DNA of 26,654 bases from a virus (Duplodnaviria; Caudoviricetes). Both the position numbers and the translations under genes were made by a program. The DNA lies in the IMG/VR virus record IMGVR_UViG_3300009550_000733, positions 1-26,654 of that record; one strand, written 5' to 3'. Below are positions 6,514-15,216 of this stretch, piece after piece. The notes below the pieces were generated by a model that saw only the letters and a program-made list of their open reading frames with translations, did not search any database and was not told the origin of the DNA. Every line of letters starts with the position of its first letter. The first letter of the stretch is position 1.

Positions 6514-6669
6514 ATGCCTAATTTACTCGCTATAGCAAATTTTATCGGATTCAATGAACAGGGGCTTACTCCACCTTTCGGAGGTCAAGATATAGTAACA
6601 GAATTAAGCGGGGTACAAATAGTAACAGAATTAAACAGTAGAGATATAATAACAGAAAAAATACCTTAA
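6514..6669 (+). CDS. 51-aa adaptor-like peptide with three I(V/I)TE repeats (not in ORF track)
   Basis: MPNLLAIANFIGFNEQGLTPPFGGQDIVTELSGVQIVTELNSRDIITEKIP; DNA repeats at 6592, 6619 and 6646 (27-bp period). Confidence 0.7.
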   Translation: MPNLLAIANFIGFNEQGLTPPFGGQDIVTELSGVQIVTELNSRDIITEKIP

Positions 6670-6671
6670 AA

Positions 6672-7700
6672 ATGGCAGTTAAATTTTCAGCTTTTACCCC
6701 TAAATCTACCGCAGAAGCATCTAACGTAACCGAGATAGTTGGTTACTTATCTACCGGACAGGAAAACATTAGAATTGCCCCGTCTGCTTTTGACACCACT
6801 TATGCTTTTACTACTGTTACTAATTCAGGAACACCAACGAATGTAGACTTTATAGCAACCGCAACAAAAGGCACTCAAGCCTCAACTACTGAAACCATAC
6901 AATTTACCGCTGGTTCTAATGTAACACTAACTGCTGGAACTAGAGAAATTACAATTGCTTCTACAGACACCAATACAACTTATGATTTTGCTGCTGCAGC
7001 GTCGGGATCAAATGTAAATTTAAATCTTACAGATTCAGGAGCAGGCACAGATTCGGTTCTTATTACAGCTGGATCAAACGTAAACTTTTCAAGTGTAACA
7101 AGCGCAGGGTTTACAATTAATGCTCCAGACACGACAAACACTTATACTTTACCTATAACGGGAGACGCTACTGCGGTTACTGCCACTTTAACTGGTAGCG
7201 CGGGAGACACTGATCCTGTTATTATAACAGCAGGAACTGATATTTCATTTAGCAGTGTAGCCGGAGGAGCTTTTACTATTGATTCTACAGCTACGGGAGA
7301 TACTTATGATTTAAACGCAACCACTGATGGTAGTAATGTAGATTTAAATCTTACTTCAGGTTCAGGAACAGACAATTCAACCGTTCAGTTAACCGCAGGA
7401 ACAGGAATTACCTTAACTCGAAATTCTTCTGCTGAAATAACTATTGATGGAACTGCATCTTCTACTAGACTAGTGGTAACTAAAACAGGAAATAACTCTA
7501 CAGATATTTTTACAGATATTACAACTGGGTTGACATTACCAGTTTCTAACTCTAACTTTTATATTGATGTTTATATATCAGGGGTATATCAACAAAAATC
7601 AACTTATGCCTATACGACAGCAAATAACGGAACTGTCACCTTTACTACCCCACCCCCTGTAACAGCTAGTAATGGAATAGAATTTGTAACAACCGTGTAA
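6672..7700 (+). CDS. Thr/Ser-rich fibre protein with four ~54-aa repeats
   Basis: Repeated TY...NV.LNLT...D.V.ITAG..V.F...FTI units; C-terminal VYISGVYQ..Y..TVTFTTPP domain typical of phage fibres. Confidence 0.75.
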   Translation: MAVKFSAFTPKSTAEASNVTEIVGYLSTGQENIRIAPSAFDTTYAFTTVTNSGTPTNVDFIATATKGTQASTTETIQFTAGSNVTLTAGTREITIASTDTNTTYDFAAAASGSNVNLNLTDSGAGTDSVLITAGSNVNFSSVTSAGFTINAPDTTNTYTLPITGDATAVTATLTGSAGDTDPVIITAGTDISFSSVAGGAFTIDSTATGDTYDLNATTDGSNVDLNLTSGSGTDNSTVQLTAGTGITLTRNSSAEITIDGTASSTRLVVTKTGNNSTDIFTDITTGLTLPVSNSNFYIDVYISGVYQQKSTYAYTTANNGTVTFTTPPPVTASNGIEFVTTV

Positions 7701-7710
7701 CTTAATTTAA

Positions 7711-8844
7711 ATGGCAACAACCAAAGTAACTACCGATGGGATTGACATGAGTGGTAACACGGGGGCGCTAACCTGGGTTAAGGGAACTACCGTTGAGCAG
7801 CCTTCAGGAGCACTTGGTGAAATCCGAGAAGACACTACCGCCAAACGCGCAGTTGTATACACCGACCAAACAGGAACATCACAGTGGAGGTATCTTAAAG
7901 AATTTAGCACTGAAATTACAGTTAGCTATTTAGTTATAGCTGGTGGCGGCGGCGGAGCTGGAGCAGCTGGAAACGGAAATGGAACAGGTGGCGGAGGAGC
8001 TGGGGGCTATAGAAACTCTTATGCCTCTGAAACTTCAGGAGGAAATAGCACAACTGAACCACCTTTAACCTTATCAATAAATACACCTTACGATATTGAA
8101 GTCGGAGCAGGTGGAAGTGGTGGCGCAGGTACAACTAACCCAATAGTCGTTACTTCAAACGGAACCCAAGGGGGTCAATCTAGATTTGATTCTATAATAT
8201 CCGCAGGAGGTGGATATGGGGCAGTACCCACTGGAGTCAATCCAGGGGGAAACGGAGGCTCTGGAGGCGGCGGAGGTAATTCCCGAAATGGAGGTACGGC
8301 TACCACTAATCAAGGATTTGACGGAGCAGCTGGTGGGGTAAGCGCCAACCCATACGCTGCTGGCGGTGGCGGAGGCGCTAGCGCAACGGGTACAGGAAAC
8401 ACATCTGGTGCAGTAGGAGGTTTTGGAGGAAATGGCCTAGAATCCTCAATAGATGGAACTCCGACTCTTAGAGCTGGTGGTGGCGGAGCAGGTAGATACA
8501 CAGCAGGAAGCCCTAGCGGAACAGGAACCCCAGGAACAGGCGGCGGCGGTCAAGGAGGTACTTCAGGAGCAGGAAGTAATGGAACAGATGGAACAGGGGG
8601 CGGCGGCGGAGGCGGCGCATGGCCCGGAAGCGGCGGTTCAACTGGTGGTAATGGCGGTAATGGCGGTAAAGGTATTGTTATATTAAGAACTAGCTCAGCT
8701 ACAGCAAATTTTACTTCAGGAGTTGAAGTAAATGGCACAACTACCACTAGCGCTGGACAAACGGTTGCAGGAACATCGGTTTCTTCAGATTATGTGTATT
8801 CAATAACTGATGCTACGGCAGGAGCAACAATTACTTTTAATTAA
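7711..8844 (+). CDS. Glycine-rich virion/adhesin protein 1
   Basis: MATTKVT N-terminus; YLVIAGGGGG...GGGGAGGY...GGKGIVILR glycine-rich domain. Confidence 0.8.
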   Translation: MATTKVTTDGIDMSGNTGALTWVKGTTVEQPSGALGEIREDTTAKRAVVYTDQTGTSQWRYLKEFSTEITVSYLVIAGGGGGAGAAGNGNGTGGGGAGGYRNSYASETSGGNSTTEPPLTLSINTPYDIEVGAGGSGGAGTTNPIVVTSNGTQGGQSRFDSIISAGGGYGAVPTGVNPGGNGGSGGGGGNSRNGGTATTNQGFDGAAGGVSANPYAAGGGGGASATGTGNTSGAVGGFGGNGLESSIDGTPTLRAGGGGAGRYTAGSPSGTGTPGTGGGGQGGTSGAGSNGTDGTGGGGGGGAWPGSGGSTGGNGGNGGKGIVILRTSSATANFTSGVEVNGTTTTSAGQTVAGTSVSSDYVYSITDATAGATITFN

Positions 8845-8846
8845 TT

Positions 8847-9812
8847 ATGGCACACTACGCATACATATCAAACGCCGAAACGACCGTAGAGGAGCGTAAA
8901 GAGCTAATGCAATTAGAAAACCAAAGGATGGATATTATTGCTGTTAATACTAGCAGCGATGAATATCAAGCCTTATTAGCGGACTATAATTCTAAAAATA
9001 CAAGTGCTACATTAGAGGCCCTCGAGGCAGAGCTTCAAGCGCTTTATCCCGAAGACCCTTTTAGTGAAGACTACCCCACACCCGAGCAAGTTGATCCTAT
9101 AAAAAAATCAATCGAGGATGAAAAGGCTAGTTTAAAAAGTCAACAAGACGATCTTATAGCGCAGATGCAAGCTTTAAGTGTGAAAGGAACTGAAGCGGTT
9201 GATAAAGAAATACAAGACAAAAACGAAGAGATCAGCAAAATCCCTTCACTAGTAACCCACGTATGTGGCGGACAAGACGAAACAATAACAGAGGTTATAG
9301 CTTACAAGGGAGATTCTTTGCATCCTACCGCTGAAGAGTTAGAGGCCTCTAAAATAAACTACGACAATACCCCAGATTTAGAACAAATAATAAAACGCAA
9401 TAGCGGAGTGCAAGATGTAAAAAGAACATCTTACAATACACGAGCCGGAGTTCACCAGCTAGGTGGCACGCCGTTTAGAAAAAACTATGCAGGTAAAGGA
9501 ATGTTATATGACCCGGCAAGAGATGCGTTCTACCATCCTAGTCCTTATCCGAGTTGGGTTTTAGATGAAGATACAGCAATCTGGCAACCACCTATACCTC
9601 CTGTTGAGGGTAAAAACTTTTGGAAAGAAGACACGCAAGAATGGGTGGATTATTATTGGGGATTGCCTAAATATGAAAGCCCTTATCCTAGCTGGGTGTA
9701 CAACGGTACTGAATGGATTCCTCCCGTTCCATTTCCTGGGCCATCTCCAGAAGAGAACTCAATGTATGAATGGAATGAAAAAGAACAGAAATGGGAATTA
9801 CAACCAATATAA
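8847..9812 (+). CDS. MAHYA/PYPSW-family phage protein with coiled-coil insertion (possible fibre partner or chaperone)
   Basis: MAHYA...TSYN...FRKNYAG.G..YD..RDAF..P.PYPSW; second PYPSW repeat; acidic heptad region of roughly 110 aa. Confidence 0.7.
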   Translation: MAHYAYISNAETTVEERKELMQLENQRMDIIAVNTSSDEYQALLADYNSKNTSATLEALEAELQALYPEDPFSEDYPTPEQVDPIKKSIEDEKASLKSQQDDLIAQMQALSVKGTEAVDKEIQDKNEEISKIPSLVTHVCGGQDETITEVIAYKGDSLHPTAEELEASKINYDNTPDLEQIIKRNSGVQDVKRTSYNTRAGVHQLGGTPFRKNYAGKGMLYDPARDAFYHPSPYPSWVLDEDTAIWQPPIPPVEGKNFWKEDTQEWVDYYWGLPKYESPYPSWVYNGTEWIPPVPFPGPSPEENSMYEWNEKEQKWELQPI

Positions 9813-9815
9813 AAT

Positions 9816-10868
9816 ATGGCGACAACTAAAGTAACACAACCGGTCATAGATTTAAATGCAGTCGCAGCGGCTCAAGAAGTCAGCGCACTTAAAATGCCTG
9901 CAGGCGGCGCTTTTTCAGGAACTCCTTTTGAAGCGATGATGCGTTGTGATAACTCTATAACTTCTGAGGGGTCTACGAGTGTAATGCAACATTATACGGG
10001 TAATAATGAGTGGAAAAGCTTTGTAAATACAGCTCAAACTTTTACCGTTGAGTATTTAATCATTGCTGGCGGCGGCGGCGCAGGTACGTCTGATTGGAAC
10101 TCAAATGCTCTAAATGGAGGCGGCGGCGCAGGTGGATATCTTAATAGTTACGCTAGTGACCAATCAGGAGGACCAAGCAGTACCCTTACCCCTTTTACAG
10201 CTACAGCTGGAACTAATTATACAGTTACAGTAGGTGCGGGTGGCGCAGGAACTAGTAATGAAAGTTCTACGGGTGGAAGTGGAGCAGATTCTAAATTTGG
10301 AACTATAGGCAGTGAAATAATAGCTACAGGCGGCGGCGGCGGCGGAAGTAGATTTAGTACAGCAGGTTTAACAGGCGGCTCAGGTGGAGGAGCAGCATCA
10401 ACAGGAACAGCGGGCTCTGGCACACCTAATCAAGGAAATGCTGGAGGCTCAGGTGCATCAGTAATAAATTCTGGTGGCTCAGGTGGAGGAGCAGGGGCAG
10501 CTGGAACAGCAGGAACCTCAAGCAGTTCGGCAGCAGGCGGCGCAGGCTTAGCTTCATCTATTACTGGTGTATCTGTAACGAGAGCAACGGGGGGAGCAAG
10601 TCATACATACGCAGTAGCAAGTGCAAATACGGGTGATGGCGGCGGAGCTTATGCGAACAATGCTGGAAACCCAGGAGGCGGAGCTGGAGGATCGGGTATA
10701 GTTATTTTGCGCACAACTGCTGCACAGGCTACATTTTCCTCTGGAGTTACCTGTAATGGCACATCAGGGGGTGGAACAATAAGCGGAGACACAACAAATA
10801 TGCCCTCAGGAGAATACTTTTACTCTATTACAGAAACTACATCTACTTCAGAAACAGTACAATTTTAA
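9816..10868 (+). CDS. Glycine-rich virion/adhesin protein 2 (paralogue of 7711)
   Basis: MATTKVT; YLIIAGGGG...GGGGAGGYLNSYAS..SGG...GGSGIVILRT..A.ATF.SGV, colinear with 7711-8844. Confidence 0.8.
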   Translation: MATTKVTQPVIDLNAVAAAQEVSALKMPAGGAFSGTPFEAMMRCDNSITSEGSTSVMQHYTGNNEWKSFVNTAQTFTVEYLIIAGGGGAGTSDWNSNALNGGGGAGGYLNSYASDQSGGPSSTLTPFTATAGTNYTVTVGAGGAGTSNESSTGGSGADSKFGTIGSEIIATGGGGGGSRFSTAGLTGGSGGGAASTGTAGSGTPNQGNAGGSGASVINSGGSGGGAGAAGTAGTSSSSAAGGAGLASSITGVSVTRATGGASHTYAVASANTGDGGGAYANNAGNPGGGAGGSGIVILRTTAAQATFSSGVTCNGTSGGGTISGDTTNMPSGEYFYSITETTSTSETVQF

Positions 10869-10870
10869 TT

Positions 10871-13099
10871 ATGGCAACAACAAAAATAACAACACCAGAG
10901 CTATTTGATTTAAGTACAGTAAACACTGCACTCAGGCTACCTAATGGAGGGAATGCAACAAGACCTGCTTCGCCCTCTCAAGGTGAGTGGCGGTTTAATA
11001 CCGACCTGAAATATGTAGAATTTTATGACGGAGGGGATTGGAGACAAATAGATACCGAGTCAACATGTACAACCAATACGGTTGATTATCCAACAACAAA
11101 TGCCGCATATTTTAAATTTGATTCAAGCGCAGCCGATCAAACAACAAATAATCTTGATGGAACTCCAACAGACATAACTTATTACAATGGGCAAGAGTAT
11201 AGTCAAGGAGCTGTATTTAATGGGAGTAGTAGTATAATTTCTTTTACTTCTCCTTATAGTCATACTTCAGATACCGAAGATTTATCCATTTCATTGTGGT
11301 TTAAATTAGACACTTTATTTACTTCAGCATATCAAACAATATTAGGTGGTGATATTGCAAACAGTTCGGGAAATACTGGAACTGTAGCTATACTTATAAG
11401 ATATCAATCAGCAGGACAATATATAATCGACTTAACAAGGGTAACGGGAACTACCGCAAGGTATCAAGCTGCATTTTCGGCAAGTGATGAAGTTACTTTA
11501 ACCGCTAATACTTGGACGCACATGGTGATTACTTATGAGGGATCTGATTCAAGTAAAACATCTAAACTTTATGTAAATGGTAGTTTAATTTACAGCGTTA
11601 GTCTTTCTACAATTTCAACTGGGGCTACAAATAATTTATTAGCTTTCGGTCAATACAGGGATGGTCAGGCACTTTATAATTTTGATGGTGTTTTAGATCA
11701 AGCAAGGTTTTTTACAAAAGTATTATCAGCAACAGAAGCGACACAATTATACAAGGAAGTGCAATGTCCATGTACAACAGATAATAACGACAACCCTACA
11801 ACAAACGTAGCTTATTATAAACTAGATGGAAACGCTAATGACGCTACAACTACTTATAATTTAACATGGAGCGGAACGGAGGCTTATGCGTATGGGCCTT
11901 ATGGGGTTGCTGCATTACTTAATGGAACTAACAGTGGTCTTACTACCTCGGATTCCATAGTCGATAACACAAAGCCCACGTCTATTTCATTTTGGTATAA
12001 TGGAAATGGTAATGCAGGAACTCAATATATTGTAGGAGCAGGAGTAGGTAGTAGCAATAATGGTCCTAGCGTGTATTTTTTTAATCAGGGGTTCGGAGCT
12101 ATTATAAGCGATTCTGGTAGTAATGTAGGATCTGCGACAGGCCCAAATACATATTCTACTACTGAGTGGCATCATGTTGTTTTTACATGGGATGGATCAA
12201 CAAATACGAATGCTTTTAAAGTTTACGTAAATGGTGCTTTAGAGGTCGAAGGAACTTCTACTTCTAGCGCAGCTACTATTGGATCTTATAGTTCTTTTGG
12301 AATTGGTAAACTTGATGCTGGGGGAACGTCTCCCACTTATGCAGCAGGAATCGTAGATCAAGTAAGAATATTTGACGTAGAAATATCAGCCACTCAAGTT
12401 ACATCTCTTTACGATGAGGTGTATTGCAACACAGTGAGCACCCTGAATATTTTCAATGAGGGTACTAGCTCATGTCTAGCTTTATACGAGTTTGAAGACA
12501 ATGCCGACTCTACTGATTCATCTACTTATGATGGTTTATGGTCGGGCACTGAAGCTTATGGTGGTGGACAATATAAAAAAGCGGGTGTGTTTAATGGCGC
12601 GAGTGTTATTTCTTTACCCCAACCTACTTTAAGCGGTGCATTTTCATTTTCAATATGGGTAAACACCACTTCAACTGGCTTACAAAGTATAATAGGGATG
12701 GGAGGTACATTTGGTAATTTCACAGCTGGTTTAAATATGTGGGTTTATCAAAATAAATTATATTCAAGTTGGGGAAATGGCTCAAGCGAAGATAGTTTTA
12801 CTACTGTTCCTTCTACAATTATTAACACAGGTAATTGGTTTCATCTTGTTTTAACTACAAGTGGCTTAACAAACCCAACTGTAAAGGCTTATATTAATGG
12901 AACTTTAGCTGCGACAGAAGTGTCGTCATCACAAACAATAAATACAACCACTTATGCTAGTGATTTTAGCATAGGTGCTAAAAATTTCACCACAACAGGT
13001 GCGTCAACTGCTTATTATTATACAGGAAAACTTGACCAATTTAGAATATTTAATAAAGAATTAACACCCACTGAAGTTTTACAAGTTTACACAGAATAA
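10871..13099 (+). CDS. Triple LamG/concanavalin-A-like domain receptor-binding protein
   Basis: Three repeats of YxxD...FNG...S(I/F)SxW...WxHxVxT...YVNG...G.xDQ.R.F...L...V..LY.E; MATTKIT N-terminus. Confidence 0.85.
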   Translation: MATTKITTPELFDLSTVNTALRLPNGGNATRPASPSQGEWRFNTDLKYVEFYDGGDWRQIDTESTCTTNTVDYPTTNAAYFKFDSSAADQTTNNLDGTPTDITYYNGQEYSQGAVFNGSSSIISFTSPYSHTSDTEDLSISLWFKLDTLFTSAYQTILGGDIANSSGNTGTVAILIRYQSAGQYIIDLTRVTGTTARYQAAFSASDEVTLTANTWTHMVITYEGSDSSKTSKLYVNGSLIYSVSLSTISTGATNNLLAFGQYRDGQALYNFDGVLDQARFFTKVLSATEATQLYKEVQCPCTTDNNDNPTTNVAYYKLDGNANDATTTYNLTWSGTEAYAYGPYGVAALLNGTNSGLTTSDSIVDNTKPTSISFWYNGNGNAGTQYIVGAGVGSSNNGPSVYFFNQGFGAIISDSGSNVGSATGPNTYSTTEWHHVVFTWDGSTNTNAFKVYVNGALEVEGTSTSSAATIGSYSSFGIGKLDAGGTSPTYAAGIVDQVRIFDVEISATQVTSLYDEVYCNTVSTLNIFNEGTSSCLALYEFEDNADSTDSSTYDGLWSGTEAYGGGQYKKAGVFNGASVISLPQPTLSGAFSFSIWVNTTSTGLQSIIGMGGTFGNFTAGLNMWVYQNKLYSSWGNGSSEDSFTTVPSTIINTGNWFHLVLTTSGLTNPTVKAYINGTLAATEVSSSQTINTTTYASDFSIGAKNFTTTGASTAYYYTGKLDQFRIFNKELTPTEVLQVYTE

Positions 13100-13100
13100 A

Positions 13101-13184
13101 ATGGAATACATACAAACAACAACATATAATAATATTGAGGTAACTTACACAATAGTGAAACCTAAAAAAAATGGACTTAACTGA
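13101..13184 (+). CDS. 27-aa peptide (not in ORF track)
   Basis: MEYIQTTTYNNIEVTYTIVKPKKNGLN; starts 1 nt after the LamG stop and overlaps the next gene. Confidence 0.4.
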   Translation: MEYIQTTTYNNIEVTYTIVKPKKNGLN

Positions 13185-13326
13185 TTTGAAAATATACGGT
13201 ATTAATTTAACAGCATTGAGTGTTTCAATGACAGATATAGACGTTTTATTAAAAATAATTTTATTAAGTGTTTCAATTGGTTATACTGTTCATAAATGGT
13301 ATATGCTAAATGGAAAGGATAAGTAA
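13171..13326 (+). CDS. 51-aa holin-like membrane protein (not in ORF track)
   Basis: MDLTDLKIYGINLTALSVSMTDIDVLLKIILLSVSIGYTVHKWYMLNGKDK; hydrophobic segments, charged tail, overlaps the endolysin start. Confidence 0.6.
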   Translation: MDLTDLKIYGINLTALSVSMTDIDVLLKIILLSVSIGYTVHKWYMLNGKDK

Positions 13327-13771
13327 ACATATCTCCTATAAAGAGGGGGTTTTTTCTAATACAGCTACCCGTCTTAATATTGACAATACTCCAAGTCGGT
13401 ATGAGTTTTCTAATATGGGAGCTATAGCCGATAATATATTTGAACCACTCAGACAATGGGTTGGAGGACCTATAAAAATCACTTCTTTTTTTAGATCGGC
13501 AGAGTTAAATAAGGTTTTAGGGGGGAGTTCTCGGTCGCAGCATTGCGAGGGAAGAGCGATGGATATTGATGATATATTTGGCAAAACCACCAATGCTATT
13601 ATGTTTCAGTATATAAAAGATAATTTAGACTTTGATCAGTTAATATGGGAATTTGGAAATGATAATAACCCAGACTGGCTACATGTAAGTTTTTGCTCTC
13701 CAGATGAAAACCGCAGTAGATGTTTAAGAGCTTATAAGTTAAACGGAAAAACTCAATATGTAGAAATATGA
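13310..13771 (+). CDS. Peptidase M15 (Zn D-Ala-D-Ala peptidase fold), probable endolysin
   Basis: ITSFFRS..LN..LGGS.RSQHCEGRAMD and WLHVS zinc-ligand motifs (SxHxxxxAxD ... H). Confidence 0.88.
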   Translation: MERISKHISYKEGVFSNTATRLNIDNTPSRYEFSNMGAIADNIFEPLRQWVGGPIKITSFFRSAELNKVLGGSSRSQHCEGRAMDIDDIFGKTTNAIMFQYIKDNLDFDQLIWEFGNDNNPDWLHVSFCSPDENRSRCLRAYKLNGKTQYVEI

Positions 13772-14262
13772 GAAAGCCTAAAAAAAAGTTTGGTCAAACA
13801 ACCGTAGGCAAACTTCTTAAAGGAGCAGTGGGATTAATAAACCCTACCCTTGGTAATCTTATACAAGGAGAAATGTCGGTAGAGCAAGTTATTGCTTCTA
13901 TTAAAAACGCTGAAGCTCCATTAGAAGATAAGATACGGGCGCAAGAAATGATACTTGAAGCTTACGAGGCTGAAGTGGCCGACAGGGCTAGTGCTCGACA
14001 AAGAGAAATGGCAGCGGTTGCCTCAGGATCAAATGACCTTTTGTTTAAAACAGTTGGATGGGGTATTACACTTTGCTTTGTGGCGGTGGTAGCTGGAGCG
14101 ATAGGAATATGGCAAATACCGGAGGAATCGCAAAGATTATTTGATATGGGATTTGGAGCAGTGGTTGCAGCTTTTACTCAAGTAATTGGATACTATTTTG
14201 GAAGTTCAATGGGTAGTAAACAAAAAACTAATTTAATAAACGGCAATGGCGAAAACACTTAA
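13768..14262 (+). CDS. Holin-like membrane protein
   Basis: DRASARQRE motif, two C-terminal TM helices ending VIGYYFGSS; ATGA overlap with the endolysin. Confidence 0.65.
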   Translation: MRKPKKKFGQTTVGKLLKGAVGLINPTLGNLIQGEMSVEQVIASIKNAEAPLEDKIRAQEMILEAYEAEVADRASARQREMAAVASGSNDLLFKTVGWGITLCFVAVVAGAIGIWQIPEESQRLFDMGFGAVVAAFTQVIGYYFGSSMGSKQKTNLINGNGENT

Positions 14263-14383
14263 CCTAGGCACTTACCAAGTAAAAGCTAAAGTTCGCAGAC
14301 CAGGGGTTCATGCTAAAACAAAACACTCGGGTTTAAAATCTTCCAAGCATTATCAAAAACAATACAGGGGACAAGGGCGTTAA
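14246..14383 (+). CDS. 45-aa basic peptide ending YRGQGR (not in ORF track)
   Basis: MAKTLNLGTYQVKAKVRRPGVHAKTKHSGLKSSKHYQKQYRGQGR; C-terminal motif recalled from many aquatic phages. Confidence 0.75.
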   Translation: MAKTLNLGTYQVKAKVRRPGVHAKTKHSGLKSSKHYQKQYRGQGR

Positions 14384-14391
14384 TTTATTTG

Positions 14392-14399
14392 TATCTTTA
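14392..14399 (+). promoter_or_regulatory. TAnnTTTG-variant promoter for the packaging operon
   Basis: TATCTTTA (one mismatch) in the context TTGTATCTTT, same as at 23669; 20 nt before ATG 14420. Confidence 0.45.
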
Positions 14400-14419
14400 T
14401 ATAAATAAAATTTAATGTA

Positions 14420-14644
14420 ATGGATATTAGAAAAATATCAATTGGACCTGACTATAAATCGAGCGCAATGCACTACCTCGTAGGTCAAGAAGTATTGGGG
14501 GGAAAATATTTTATTCACCTTATACAAAGCGATAGTGAGTTTAAAACTTTTAAAATTTGGATTCAAAGAGAAGACGAAGTTGTATTATGGAAAGAGTTTA
14601 GCCCTAGTATGCCTGTGTCTATTGAATACAATATTAATTTTTAA
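14420..14644 (+). CDS. Hypothetical protein (74 aa)
   Basis: IRKISIGPDYK..AMHY.VGQ; TAATG-coupled to the next gene. Confidence 0.8.
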   Translation: MDIRKISIGPDYKSSAMHYLVGQEVLGGKYFIHLIQSDSEFKTFKIWIQREDEVVLWKEFSPSMPVSIEYNINF

Positions 14645-15216
14645 TGAGAGCCCCTTATAATTTTATTGTAGAACCTTTAGAGGGTAAACGATATAATAAT
14701 ACCAAAAAAGTAGCAGGGATTGATCTAGTTACAAGCACTTCAGAGGAAAATCATTTTGCAGCAAATCGCTACGCAAAGGTTGTTGCCACTCCTATTTATT
14801 ACAATGGTAAAATAAAAAAAGGAGACACCCTTTTAGTTCATCACAATGTTTTTAAATATTACAACGACATGAAGGGAAGACAAAAAAGCGGAAGAAGTTA
14901 TTTTCAAGACAATTTGTTTTTTATTGAAAACGATCAGTTTTATATGTACAAACAAAATGGAGAATGGTTTTGTCATGACAGGTATTGTTTTGTGAAACCT
15001 GTTGAAAAACAAGACTCATATCTTGTTAAAAATTACAAAGAAGAGCCTTTGGTTGGAACAATGAAATATTTAAATGATTACTTATTAAAACAAAAAGTAC
15101 GCAAGGGAGATAAAATAATCTTTCAGCCAGAGAGTGAATATGAATTTGTAGTAGATGGAGAAAAATTATATCGCATGTATGATCATCAAATAACAGTTGT
15201 ATTAAATGAAGTCTGA
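14644..15216 (+). CDS. Tandem double GroES-like domain protein
   Basis: Domain 1: PYNFIVEP..KKVAGIDL..AKVVA..IKKGDTLLV..FIENDQF. Domain 2: HDRYCFVKP..LVG..VRKGDKIIF..EFVVDGEKLYRMYDHQITVVL. Confidence 0.65.
   Translation: MRAPYNFIVEPLEGKRYNNTKKVAGIDLVTSTSEENHFAANRYAKVVATPIYYNGKIKKGDTLLVHHNVFKYYNDMKGRQKSGRSYFQDNLFFIENDQFYMYKQNGEWFCHDRYCFVKPVEKQDSYLVKNYKEEPLVGTMKYLNDYLLKQKVRKGDKIIFQPESEYEFVVDGEKLYRMYDHQITVVLNEV

Noticed and set aside
7939-8480. GCTGGTGG (E. coli Chi) occurrences in the Gly-rich gene
   Set aside because: Explained by Ala-Gly-Gly codons, and the host is unlikely to be an enterobacterium.
7711-13099. Diversity-generating retroelement acting on the adhesins
   Set aside because: No reverse transcriptase in the window, and no near-identical TR/VR pair differing only at adenines was seen; the paralogues differ at all base types.
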